Of a stretch of DNA of 64,000 nt, positions 38,286 through 47,861 are shown one piece after another. The notes under the pieces were generated by a model. That model worked only from the letters and a program-made list of their open reading frames with translations. It was not told the DNA's origin and did not search any database. This DNA is from Bacteroidota bacterium (GTDB lineage Bacteria > Bacteroidota > Bacteroidia > Bacteroidales > GCA-2711565). How positions within the stretch are numbered: position 1 is the stretch's first letter; each line of letters begins with the position of its first letter. Location: contig JAHIVC010000069.1 in NCBI GenBank assembly GCA_018816945.1, forward strand, positions 37,339 to 101,338, read 5' to 3'. A program made the translations under genes and the position numbers.

Positions 38286-40250
38286 ATGACTGTAATTCTC
38301 AGAAGATCAGAGATAAATGATCTTGATTTACTTGATAATATCGAAAAAGCCTGTTTTAAAAAGTTTCAACAAAGCTCCCGACGAAATCTTCACCATAGTT
38401 TGACCAGTCCGTTTCAGGAAGTATGGATAGCTGAGATAAAAAATGGAAAAGGTAATAATGAAGTAGGGGCATTGATACTTCATTTGCGTTCACATACATT
38501 AAGAATATACTCGCTTGCAGTTCTTCCTGCTTTTCAAGGAAAGGGAATAGGTCGGAAATTATTGACCCATGCCTGCAATATTGCACTGGCAAAGGGTTGT
38601 GTCAAGGTTTCTTTAGAAGCTCATTCTAAAGACGAAAGGCTGATTGGATGGTACAAACGTTTTGGTTTTAAACCTAAAGATATTCAGAAAGATTACTATT
38701 CGAAAGGCGAGGATGCAGTTCGAATGATTTTTACTTTGTCAAGACCTAAAGTTCGATCTACAATTTCAAATTTAATTGTTGTTGATAGAACTTCCGATTG
38801 GAAGCTAAAACTTGATGGCGTAAGGATCGTGTCTTCAAAGAGTTATATTGCCGACCCTGAATTTCAAACGAACATGAAATTAAGGGTATTCAATCTTAGC
38901 AATTCATATCGCTATCAAAGCCTCGGGTATTATGTTTCACTACTTGCTTCGGCCCGCGATCATAGGGCTATTCCCAGTGTTACTACAATGCGCGATTTTA
39001 AGAATCTATCGGTTATACGATCCATAGCAAATGATATTGATGAAATAGTACAGGCAGCTTTAGCAAAAGTAAATGAGAAAGAGTTTAGCTTAAAAATCTA
39101 TTTTGGACAAACTACTGAATCTGCTTTTAAAATATTAGGGTATAAATTGTATCAGTTATTTGAGTCACCAATTTTGGAAGTGAGTTTTGTTAAAACTGAT
39201 AAGTGGTTGATTAAAAAAATATCCCCTTTAAGTCTGGAAAAAATAAAAGATGTTGAACATGAACAAATTCAATCTTTTGCGAATACATACTTCTCAAAAA
39301 AAAGATTTCAAAAACCCCGGTTGAAACATTATAAATATGATTTGGCCATTCTTATCAATCCGAATGAACCGAATCCTCCATCATGTCCATTAGCTTTGAA
39401 ATCGTTTAAAGAAGCTGCCAATAAAATCGGTTTTTATGTCGATTTTATTACAAAGGATGATTATCATGATATTTGTGAATATGATGCACTTTTTATTCGT
39501 GAAACTACAAGCGTAAATGATCATACTTATCAGTTTTCACGCCGTGCATATGCTGAAGGATTGGTTGTGATCGACGATCCATGGTCAATATTACGCTGTG
39601 CCAATAAGGTATACTTGAATGAAAGGATGAAGCAGAATAAAATTGCCACTCCTCGAACAGAAATGTTAACAAAAGGAGTTTTTAATTTGGCAAATGCCGA
39701 ATTATTTACTTTCCCTTTGGTACTGAAACAGCCTGATAGTGCATTTTCACTGGGAGTTACCAAAGTAACCAATGCGGCAGAGATGGTTGAATCTGTGCAA
39801 AAATTATTTCAGAAGTCGGATTTAATTATAGCACAAGAATTCCTTTATTCTGAATTCGATTGGCGAATCGGCATTTTAGATCAAGTGCCATTGTTCGCCT
39901 GTAAATATTTTATGGCCAAAGATCATTGGCAGATCTATAATTGGAAAGCATCAAAAGATGAGGGTACAGGAGAAGCCGAAACTGTCTCAATTTCAATGGT
40001 ACCTGAAAACGTATTGAAGGTTGCTTTAAAGGCAGCCGCCTTAATGGGCGATGGATTGTATGGGGTTGACTTGAAGGAAGTAGGGGATAAGGTTTATGTC
40101 ATCGAAGTAAATGATAATCCAAATATAGATGCAGATATTGAAGACTTTGTTTTAAAAGATGAACTCTACACAAAAGTAATGCAAACTATTTTTAATCGAA
40201 TAGAAGATTCGAGAAATACCAAGCGACTCGTAGCTGTTGAGTTAACATAA
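38286..40250 (+). CDS. GNAT acetyltransferase fused to a RimK-like ATP-grasp ligase
   Basis: 654 aa. The N-terminal GNAT has motif A LAVLPAFQGKGIGRKLL. The C-terminal ATP-grasp has FPLVLKQPDSAFSLGV, IAQEF, DWRIGIL and VIEVNDNPNID. Confidence 0.75.
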   Translation: MTVILRRSEINDLDLLDNIEKACFKKFQQSSRRNLHHSLTSPFQEVWIAEIKNGKGNNEVGALILHLRSHTLRIYSLAVLPAFQGKGIGRKLLTHACNIALAKGCVKVSLEAHSKDERLIGWYKRFGFKPKDIQKDYYSKGEDAVRMIFTLSRPKVRSTISNLIVVDRTSDWKLKLDGVRIVSSKSYIADPEFQTNMKLRVFNLSNSYRYQSLGYYVSLLASARDHRAIPSVTTMRDFKNLSVIRSIANDIDEIVQAALAKVNEKEFSLKIYFGQTTESAFKILGYKLYQLFESPILEVSFVKTDKWLIKKISPLSLEKIKDVEHEQIQSFANTYFSKKRFQKPRLKHYKYDLAILINPNEPNPPSCPLALKSFKEAANKIGFYVDFITKDDYHDICEYDALFIRETTSVNDHTYQFSRRAYAEGLVVIDDPWSILRCANKVYLNERMKQNKIATPRTEMLTKGVFNLANAELFTFPLVLKQPDSAFSLGVTKVTNAAEMVESVQKLFQKSDLIIAQEFLYSEFDWRIGILDQVPLFACKYFMAKDHWQIYNWKASKDEGTGEAETVSISMVPENVLKVALKAAALMGDGLYGVDLKEVGDKVYVIEVNDNPNIDADIEDFVLKDELYTKVMQTIFNRIEDSRNTKRLVAVELT

Positions 40251-40345
40251 ATAAAAATAGTCATTGTGAAATCTTTCAAAATAATCACGTATATCTAATT
40301 TTTATATTGGGCATATGCTTATATTTGTAAAATAATATAAATCTT

Positions 40346-40633
40346 ATGCCCAGAACAAAGTGCAAGCGATACATTGAAACTGAGCCATTTGTTACTTATT
40401 ACAAACCGACAGGGATACCTTTACGAACAATCACTGAAGTTACTCTCGAGCTTGATGAATTGGAAGCCATTCGATTAGCAGATTTGGAAGGTTTATATCA
40501 GGATAAAGCAGCTGAAAAAATGATGGTGAGCCGACAAACATTTGGACGAATAATTAGCGGTGCCCATCAAAAAATTGCAGAAGCACTAATTCATGGAAAG
40601 GCTATTAAAATTAATCATCAAAACAATACTTAA
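40346..40633 (+). CDS. DUF134 (UPF0251) putative DNA-binding protein
   Basis: 95 aa. MPRTKCKRYIE..P....YKP.GIP plus a sigma70-r4-like HTH (QDKAAEKMMVSRQTFGRII). Confidence 0.8.
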   Translation: MPRTKCKRYIETEPFVTYYKPTGIPLRTITEVTLELDELEAIRLADLEGLYQDKAAEKMMVSRQTFGRIISGAHQKIAEALIHGKAIKINHQNNT

Positions 40634-40634
40634 A

Positions 40635-40823
40635 ATGGCACATCTGGATCATAAGGGCCCTGAAAATAAAGGTCCTAAAACAGGAAGAAAACTTGGGAAA
40701 TGTAAAAAGGATGAAGAAAACGAATTTGAATTTGGTGTTGGTAAGGGAATGAAAAGAAAAGCAGAAGATAATAGTGAAGGAAAAGGGAAAAGACTGAAAA
40801 GTGGAAAAATGTTTAACAAATAA
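40635..40823 (+). CDS. DUF5320-like small basic protein
   Basis: N-terminal KGPENKGPKTGRKLGKC fits the GP..GP.TGR..G.C pattern I recall for DUF5320. I chose the ATG at 40635, just after the DUF134 stop, rather than the overlapping 40593 start. Confidence 0.5.
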   Translation: MAHLDHKGPENKGPKTGRKLGKCKKDEENEFEFGVGKGMKRKAEDNSEGKGKRLKSGKMFNK

Positions 40824-40835
40824 AAGGCTTTAAAA

Positions 40836-41219
40836 ATGAAAAAAATTGCAGTTCCAACCAGAAATGACATTGTTGATGCACACTTTGGTCATTGTGAGTA
40901 TTATTCAATTTTCACAGTAAATGAAAAAAGCGAAATTATTGATAAAGAATTATATGCCGCTCCACAGGGTTGTGGATGTAAATCGAATATTGCACCTTTA
41001 CTTGCAGAAAAAGGAGTATATTTAATGTTGGCCGGTAATATGGGGGTGGGGGCAGTTAATGTGCTTCAATCATCTAATATAGAGGTATTAAGAGGTTGTG
41101 AAGGGAAAGTGGATGAAGTTGTAAGTAGTTATTTGAGTGGTATGCTTAGCGATAGTGGCAAAAGTTGTGCGCATCATGCACATCATGGATCGGACGATCA
41201 TCAGTGTGAACATCACTAA
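40836..41219 (+). CDS. NifB/NifX-family (dinitrogenase FeMo-cofactor-binding fold) protein with a His-rich C-terminal tail
   Basis: 127 aa with HFGHC and a LAGNMG-type motif typical of the family. The tail is CAHHAHHGSDDHQCEHH. Confidence 0.8.
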   Translation: MKKIAVPTRNDIVDAHFGHCEYYSIFTVNEKSEIIDKELYAAPQGCGCKSNIAPLLAEKGVYLMLAGNMGVGAVNVLQSSNIEVLRGCEGKVDEVVSSYLSGMLSDSGKSCAHHAHHGSDDHQCEHH

Positions 41220-41225
41220 AATAAA

Positions 41226-41335
41226 TAGAATGTAGAATGCAGAATGTAGAATGTAGAAACCAGCAACCACCTGCCTGCCGCAGGCAGGGCAACCAGAAAC
41301 CAGAAACCAGAAACCAGAAACCAGAAACCAGAAAC
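41226..41335. repeat. Second copy of the heptamer-repeat / CCTGCCTGCCGCAGGCAGG palindrome element
   Basis: tagaatg-type heptamers x4-5 on the left, and a palindrome at 41270-41288 identical to that at 30022-40. On the right, ccagaaa x5. Confidence 0.85.
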
Positions 41336-41365
41336 AATACCTAATAACCTATAAAAATATATCAA

Positions 41366-41806
41366 ATGAAAGTTGGCATTATTATTTGCGATCGCTACCA
41401 GACATGTGGGGGCGGTAAATGTTTTAGATCAGTACAAAACCGAGAAGGTGCATTTTCAATCTATTCAAAGGATGAGCCATTGGAAGTGGTCGGATATTCG
41501 ACATGTGGCGGTTGTCCGGGCGGTAATGTGGAATATGTTCCCGAAGAAATGATCAAAAATGGGGCTGATGCTATCCATCTTGCAACCGGTTTGGTTGTTG
41601 GATATCCACCTTGTCCTTATATCAACGATTTCAAACATTTTATTGAGGTAAAATATAAAACAAAAGTTGTACTTGGCACCCATCCAATTCCTTTGAAATA
41701 TAAAAATGTTCATGAAAAGCTTGAAATGTGGGGGAATTGCAATATGTCGGAATGTGCAGGACATTTATTGTCGGAAAGTGAGGAAATGATGGAGTCCTAT
41801 AATTAG
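41366..41806 (+). CDS. CGGC domain protein
   Basis: 146 aa with CDRYQTCGGGKC and STCGGCPG motifs. Confidence 0.75.
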   Translation: MKVGIIICDRYQTCGGGKCFRSVQNREGAFSIYSKDEPLEVVGYSTCGGCPGGNVEYVPEEMIKNGADAIHLATGLVVGYPPCPYINDFKHFIEVKYKTKVVLGTHPIPLKYKNVHEKLEMWGNCNMSECAGHLLSESEEMMESYN

Positions 41807-41932
41807 TTTTTTAAATAAGAATATTTTACCAGGATTAAGGCAGACATCCATGCTTAATCTTTGTTAATACTTTTTTGTAATATGTTAAAGCTGGTTGTAA
41901 AATAGTTAATTTTATCGACCTTATTTTCGACT

Positions 41933-42856
41933 ATGCCCATAAAACCCCAACTTAAGGGATATGCCTTTGCATTACTAGCTACCATTGGTGGTTCAACTGT
42001 TTACATATTTAGCAAAGCAGCTTTTAATCAAATCAGTTTGGCTCAATTTGGCGTTTACTGGTTTGCAATGGCCATTGTTTGGAATACCTTATTTACCCTT
42101 CGCTCAGCCGAGCACCGTCAGTTTCATATACTTACACCTAAAACGATCAAGGTACTGATCCTGATAGGCTTTATTGAAATTATTGCAACCGGTACATTTT
42201 ATGCAGCAATCTCAGTCTCTGTAAATCCCGCAATTCCATCATTCCTCCGGAATATGGAGTATATTTTTGTCACCCTTATGGGGGTCATTCTATTAAAAGA
42301 ACGATTTACATTTATCGAAGTGTTGGGTATTTTGCTTACAATAATTGGAGTACTGGTCATCAGTTATCATAAAGACGTTTCGGTTGAGTCGTATTTTAAA
42401 AGTAGCGCAGGGTTAATGCTCATTTCAACAATTTTTTATGGGGTACGAACCATTACAGTAAAACTGCATATTCAAAATATTACACCTACCATTTTAGCCA
42501 TAAGCCGTGCCATTTTTTTATTAATTGCAGCCCTGATCATGTTGGAAATTTTAGGACAGGGCTTTGCGATACCAACTAAAGCATTGATTAATATAACGAT
42601 TGGATCTTTCCTCGGACCATTCCTAACTTCTTTAAGCCAATATAATGCCCTCAAATATCTTGAGGCTTCTCGATCAGCAATAATACAAAGTACTACAGCA
42701 CTTTTTGTCCTTATAGGTGCTTATTTATTCTTTGGAAGATTTCCAATGGGGTATCAACTGGTAGGTGGCGCCATTGCCATTGCAGGCCCTATGATCTTGA
42801 TTATGGGTAAGAAAATCAACTTCAACCGGAATCACATACAAAGAGTTAGAACATAG
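41933..42856 (+). CDS. EamA/DMT-family transporter
   Basis: 307 aa with about 10 TM helices in two repeated halves. Confidence 0.8.
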   Translation: MPIKPQLKGYAFALLATIGGSTVYIFSKAAFNQISLAQFGVYWFAMAIVWNTLFTLRSAEHRQFHILTPKTIKVLILIGFIEIIATGTFYAAISVSVNPAIPSFLRNMEYIFVTLMGVILLKERFTFIEVLGILLTIIGVLVISYHKDVSVESYFKSSAGLMLISTIFYGVRTITVKLHIQNITPTILAISRAIFLLIAALIMLEILGQGFAIPTKALINITIGSFLGPFLTSLSQYNALKYLEASRSAIIQSTTALFVLIGAYLFFGRFPMGYQLVGGAIAIAGPMILIMGKKINFNRNHIQRVRT

Positions 42857-43068
42857 CATAGAACGAGATTCAGCGTTCTTCTACTTTCCATTTTTTTATC
42901 AAAAAAGCTTTTCAACTATTGATTGAATTCATTTCATCATGCAAACTACATCATGAAATCAAATATTTTTATAGCGCATATTGATTAGAGGAGGCATCAT
43001 CAGATAAGAAGATGTTGGAAGGAGATTGATAATTATATCAAGTAGAGTAGATTCTCAAGATTGCGTTC

Positions 43069-45690
43069 TTAAATACCTATTCTATAGCTAAATTTCACCA
43101 AAAATATGTTGTGTGGTTTCCCAGCAAACAAATCATGGAAACTATTATTGAAGTTTGAATCGGAATTATCATTATAGCCTGATCGTGTTTGATTCCAAAC
43201 CAGATAAACCGAAGAACCCGGATTATATTCCCATCGGATAACCAGATTTGATAAAAATTCCTGTACATTAAAATCAGGTTTTTTAATTGTATAATCAACA
43301 ACACCATCAGCCGATTCATCAATTTCATATGTGTCATTGATAAGGCCACTGATTTGATTGGAATTAAAGACATGGAACCTATTGCTGTAGTTCGAATTCA
43401 TTGGATCTGTGATCACTTTGTAATCTTTGTATTTTCCGTTGGCAAAAAATGGCTGACCCCAATACTGTAAGGTTAAATCGGGAGTCAAATTGTAACTTAA
43501 GCGAATTGATGCACTGATGGTAGTTTGATTTAAACCCGCAAAAATATATCGATCGTTATTGTTATATGTCAAATGATCAATATATTGTAATTCCCTATAT
43601 GATTTAGAATACGAAGGATTCACGGAAACGGTTAAATTATTTATCGGTTTATAGGTTAGCCCGGTTTCGAATGAAAAACCATTTGAACTCAGCTCAAATC
43701 CATTTGAAAGTCTGGAATAAAGATGAACAGATAATTTTTTTCGTTCATCAGAATTTACACTAATCTGAACCTGAAAATCACCTTGAGAGCGCATCCTGGG
43801 ACCACCACGTAAAACTGTATTTGAAATTCCATTAGTATTTATATTCATATGACCCCAAACATTCCAGAAGTTTTTTAGGTTCATGTTGGCATTCAATTCA
43901 AATCCATGTCCTAATAAATTTCCTCCAAAATCCCATATATTATAAAGATCTGAACTGATATTCCAATTGCGGTAAATTCCTTTTGGTTCCCAAACGCGAT
44001 ATTGCCCCCAGTACATCGCGAATAACTGATCTGCCTGACGGAGATAACCCATATCGTTCAATTCAAAGCCCGGTGTTTTCCACAGAACAACTGCCAAATG
44101 CGACCAATGTCCTTTTTGTCTGAATACTTGTATTCGTCCGCCGGAGCCCATTAAAGAGGTTTTGTCGGGATCATAATTGGTGTAATTATTATCAGATCTT
44201 TGATAGTATCTGGCTGATGATTCCTGTGTGGTAGTGATCGCTTCTTTGGTTCCGTTTACCTGGCTAATAGCTGCACTAATATTGAACATCCAACTTTTAT
44301 TTTTATAATATTTTGTAAAATCAATGCCACCGGTAAGCGCTGATTTATGATAATTTTCTTCTGTTATCTCATCCAATTCCCTTATTGTACTTGTTACCAT
44401 TCCGCCAATAATAGTGTTTCCATTGTCCGAATCCTTTTGAATTCTGCCGAGAAAATAATTTGTTAAGGGCTCTACTTTTTCAAATCTTCTAAAACCATTG
44501 TTATCAATCTCAGCTCTAACTTCGGCAGTAACACTTTCTATTACCCCAATAGATAATCCATTACTGGTTTTACCAGTTAGTTTTGCTGCACTGATAATCG
44601 GTGTGAAAAGCGGTACTTTGGCGTATTCATTGTCATTTATATCAGGATAAAGCCTAGGTCTTCGGCCAATTCGCCTGGAATAAAAAAGGTTATCGTTACC
44701 TACACCTCCGTCTCCTATACCAATTCCGAAGGAGGTAATGTTGGCACCTTCAATAAAGAAGGGTCTTTTTTCACTAAAATAAGTTTCATAAGCACTTAAG
44801 TTTACTTCTGAAGGATCTGCTTCGACTTGTCCAAAATCAGGGTTAATGGTTAGGTCCAGTGTTAGATTATTTGTGACCCCGATTTTGGCATCAATACCCC
44901 CGTTAGCGTCTCCGCCTTTGCCATCTGCAAAAGGGTTTTCTGAATCGGCTTCATAGCTTTCCAGCTTTGCAACTCCGTATGGGGTGATATCAAATATTTT
45001 ACGTGGTTTGATGGTTTCCAGGCCACCGAGCTCTCCAAACAGATGCACCAATCCATTAGCATCTTTAGGAACATGCTGCCAGAAATCGAGTTCATAGTGA
45101 CGATAGGTTTGTCGAAAAACCTGCAGACCCCATACCCCGTCTGACTCTTTCTCAAATCGTAATTGACTAAAAGGAATTTTAAATTCAGCGATCCAACCGT
45201 CTTCAACTAAATTGACTTTAACCCACCAATTTGCATTCCATGATTCATCTTCATTATCTCCATCTTCTGTCAGCATTTGATCAAATTTAACACCACTTGC
45301 TGTGACTGCAAACATAAAAGCAGTACGCAAATCATGATAACTATCGAAAGCAATTCCCATAAAATCACCGTCAGGATTATCACGTCGTGTAAGTCGTTGG
45401 ACAATGCTGTCAGGGCTCGTGTCGAAGGCTTTCATCCCCAAATATAAATTGTCCTTGTCGAATAATATTTTGAATTCTGTTTTTTGAGTTGCCGGCTCAG
45501 CATTGTATGGTTCATGTTGTGTAAAATCATCGAGCCACACTCCAAGTTTCCATGCTTCATCGTTTAATATCCCGTCTATTACCGGAGGATTTTGTATGAA
45601 TGTAGCATTGTACTTCTTTTTGATTAAATCTTGCCCAAATGTTACATAGCTTATTAAAGCGAATACAATTAAAAAAAATGCCTTTCTCAT
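43069..45690 (-). CDS. DUF5916/CBM9-like outer-membrane-associated protein
   Basis: 873 aa with a signal peptide. The N-terminal PPVIDGILNDEAW...F.Q..P is typical of CBM9/DOMON-like modules. A long beta-rich C-terminal region ends in an aromatic-rich strand. Confidence 0.65.
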   Translation of the reverse strand: MRKAFFLIVFALISYVTFGQDLIKKKYNATFIQNPPVIDGILNDEAWKLGVWLDDFTQHEPYNAEPATQKTEFKILFDKDNLYLGMKAFDTSPDSIVQRLTRRDNPDGDFMGIAFDSYHDLRTAFMFAVTASGVKFDQMLTEDGDNEDESWNANWWVKVNLVEDGWIAEFKIPFSQLRFEKESDGVWGLQVFRQTYRHYELDFWQHVPKDANGLVHLFGELGGLETIKPRKIFDITPYGVAKLESYEADSENPFADGKGGDANGGIDAKIGVTNNLTLDLTINPDFGQVEADPSEVNLSAYETYFSEKRPFFIEGANITSFGIGIGDGGVGNDNLFYSRRIGRRPRLYPDINDNEYAKVPLFTPIISAAKLTGKTSNGLSIGVIESVTAEVRAEIDNNGFRRFEKVEPLTNYFLGRIQKDSDNGNTIIGGMVTSTIRELDEITEENYHKSALTGGIDFTKYYKNKSWMFNISAAISQVNGTKEAITTTQESSARYYQRSDNNYTNYDPDKTSLMGSGGRIQVFRQKGHWSHLAVVLWKTPGFELNDMGYLRQADQLFAMYWGQYRVWEPKGIYRNWNISSDLYNIWDFGGNLLGHGFELNANMNLKNFWNVWGHMNINTNGISNTVLRGGPRMRSQGDFQVQISVNSDERKKLSVHLYSRLSNGFELSSNGFSFETGLTYKPINNLTVSVNPSYSKSYRELQYIDHLTYNNNDRYIFAGLNQTTISASIRLSYNLTPDLTLQYWGQPFFANGKYKDYKVITDPMNSNYSNRFHVFNSNQISGLINDTYEIDESADGVVDYTIKKPDFNVQEFLSNLVIRWEYNPGSSVYLVWNQTRSGYNDNSDSNFNNSFHDLFAGKPHNIFLVKFSYRIGI

Positions 45691-46038
45691 AATCTTCAGT
45701 CAAATCAATTGTTAGTTTTATTCTGTTTGTAAGACTCCTTTTTATGATTTTTGTTACAATATATTGTTTAAATATTTTTTCTAGAGCAAGAATTACAGTT
45801 CATATTCTGAGTTTTGAATTTTTAACCTATCCCAATAAAATATAAAAAATTTAATATCGTTGAATATATCAACACGTGTATGTAATTTCAACACGCATGC
45901 TAACGTGCAGATTAATAGTGCTATGGATGATAATACCATATGCGGTGTTGAATAATGCAATATTATTTTGTGAGATGAATAAATAAGGTGTTGTTGTAAT
46001 GTGCAGATAATCAATTCTATAGGATTAAAAATTTGCTT

Positions 46039-46054
46039 TGGCACTATAATTGAC
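46039..46054 (+). promoter_or_regulatory. Candidate sigma54 (-24/-12) promoter
   Basis: TGGCAC-TATAA-TTGAC versus the consensus TGGCAC-N5-TTGC. GG/TTG spacing is correct and there is one mismatch in the -12 GC. It lies 86 nt upstream of the ATG at 46140, and a sigma54 activator gene sits at 52473. Confidence 0.35.
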
Positions 46055-46139
46055 TTCCCAAATTCATAAATAATAACATAATGATAATATAGAAAAGTTA
46101 TGTTCCTTTTTTGAAGAATTTATTTAAAAAATCAAAGCA

Positions 46140-47816
46140 ATGAAAAAGTTAATCTATTTATTTATCGGATTATTGATGCTAATAAGTATTTGTCCGAGCA
46201 GCAATGGAACTGAAATCAATAATGAAATTTCTAAGGAAGGATCTATGACCGTTTTATGCTCACCTGATTTATTTAATTTAACGAACAGATGGGTTGAAGA
46301 ATATGGCAAATTGAATCAGGATTTAAAAATCAAAGTACTTAAAATTGACCATAATTCTGTTGACAAAGCTTACAGCTCAGGTTTTAATGTGAGTTTGGTT
46401 TCGGAAAGTTCTTTATACTTACTTAAGAAGCCAACGAATTTATCGCTTGTTGTTGGTAGAGATATTTTAGTTCCTATCATGAATGCGAATAATCCTTTAA
46501 AAACTGAAATTTTAACTCAAGGGATTTCTTCAGGAAAACTTGCCGGGTTTTTTAAAAGCCAAGGGGATCATAATTGGGGTTCGCTTTTGAATATTGAATC
46601 AAATTTTCCTATCCATTATTATAAATCAGATAATGATGAGCTTAGTTCTGCCGTTGAAGAATTTTTAAAAATGAATGGGATAGCCATTGAAGGAATAATT
46701 GTCGCTAATAATCAGGAAGTAATTACGTCAGTTCAGAAAGATATTTATTCCATTGCATTTTGCAGGATCACAGATGTTATAAATCCTATGAATAATGAGA
46801 TGCTTGAAAATATCACCTTACTGCCAATAGATAAGAATGGGAATGGTAAAATGGACTCTTTTGAACAGATTTATAATGATTTGAATGCATTTTCAAGAGG
46901 TGTTTGGATTGGGAAGTATTCAAAGGAATTGGTCACAAATATTTATGCTGTTTCTAACCAAAATGTTGATAATGGTAAAGAAAAAGAATTCATCAAATGG
47001 ATGCTTACCGATGGACAACAATTTTTAAGCACCGATGGATATTCTGAATTGATGCTTAGCGAGCGACAATCTAAATTAGATGTATTATATAATGATAAGA
47101 TAATTCTTAACGCAATCGAAAACCTGAACTATAGTCGTCAAAGAGTTGGTCTTTTCATTTTAATAATTGCAACCATTATAGGTTTAATAGTCGGTTCAAC
47201 TTTTTATTTCAAAAGACAAAAAAGTACAGAAAAACCGACTTTAATTTCAAAACCGATTGGGTATTTTGATGCAAAATCAATAAGTGTTCCTAATGGATTA
47301 TTTTTCGATAAAACCCACACCTGGGTATATATGGAAATGGATGGTGTTCTAAGAATAGGAATAAATGATTTTATTACCAGAATTACAGGTGACCTCACAG
47401 GTATTAAGATGAAGAATCCAGGGGAAGAAATAAGGAAAGGAGATACTATAATCACACTTATTCAAAATGGGAAACAATTAAACATCAAGTCACCGGTTTC
47501 TGGTATTATTAGTCAACAAAACGAAAAACTAAACGCAAATGCCGCTATTATTAAAGAATGTCCGTATTCTGAAGGCTGGGTTTATGTAATTGAGCCGACC
47601 AATTGGTTTCGTGAGATTCAGTTTTTATTCATGTCTGAAAAATTCAAAAAATGGTTAATCTCCGAATTTACCCGACTCAAAGATTTTCTTTCTCAAACCC
47701 AAAATATGCCTTTAGTGCTTCAAGAAGGAGGTGAACTTAAAGAAGCTATACTTGCAGATTCTCGACCTGAAGTATGGGAAGATTTTCAATCCAATTTTAT
47801 AGATACCGCTTTATAA
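46140..47816 (+). CDS. Bitopic protein: periplasmic PstS/PBP-like domain, one TM, cytoplasmic GcvH-like domain
   Basis: 558 aa. Signal peptide, a substrate-binding-protein-like region, and a TM (VGLFILIIATIIGLIVGSTFYF followed by KRQK). The C-terminus resembles glycine-cleavage H (HTWVYME..GVLRIGINDF...SPVSGII...PYSEGWVYVIEP). Confidence 0.6.
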   Translation: MKKLIYLFIGLLMLISICPSSNGTEINNEISKEGSMTVLCSPDLFNLTNRWVEEYGKLNQDLKIKVLKIDHNSVDKAYSSGFNVSLVSESSLYLLKKPTNLSLVVGRDILVPIMNANNPLKTEILTQGISSGKLAGFFKSQGDHNWGSLLNIESNFPIHYYKSDNDELSSAVEEFLKMNGIAIEGIIVANNQEVITSVQKDIYSIAFCRITDVINPMNNEMLENITLLPIDKNGNGKMDSFEQIYNDLNAFSRGVWIGKYSKELVTNIYAVSNQNVDNGKEKEFIKWMLTDGQQFLSTDGYSELMLSERQSKLDVLYNDKIILNAIENLNYSRQRVGLFILIIATIIGLIVGSTFYFKRQKSTEKPTLISKPIGYFDAKSISVPNGLFFDKTHTWVYMEMDGVLRIGINDFITRITGDLTGIKMKNPGEEIRKGDTIITLIQNGKQLNIKSPVSGIISQQNEKLNANAAIIKECPYSEGWVYVIEPTNWFREIQFLFMSEKFKKWLISEFTRLKDFLSQTQNMPLVLQEGGELKEAILADSRPEVWEDFQSNFIDTAL

Positions 47817-47861
47817 AGAAAAGCTTATTGAAATTTTTAATTCATAATAATATTTAAAACC

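Noticed and set aside
40593-40634. Upstream start for the DUF5320-like ORF, overlapping the DUF134 gene by 41 nt
   Set aside because: The family-like N-terminus (MAHLDHKGPENKGPKTGR) begins at the ATG at 40635, right after the DUF134 stop. The longer form adds an unrelated, overlapping extension.
41088-41337. Two minus-strand ORFs (60 and 63 aa), one with the repetitive peptide FLVSGFWFLVSGFW
   Set aside because: They are translations of the heptamer tandem repeats and the GC palindrome. They are low-complexity and overlap the end of the NifX-like gene, so they are a repeat artefact.
45793-46044. 83-aa minus-strand ORF
   Set aside because: It sits in an AT-rich gap, has an odd composition and no motifs, and overlaps the candidate -24/-12 promoter. 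It is probably non-coding.
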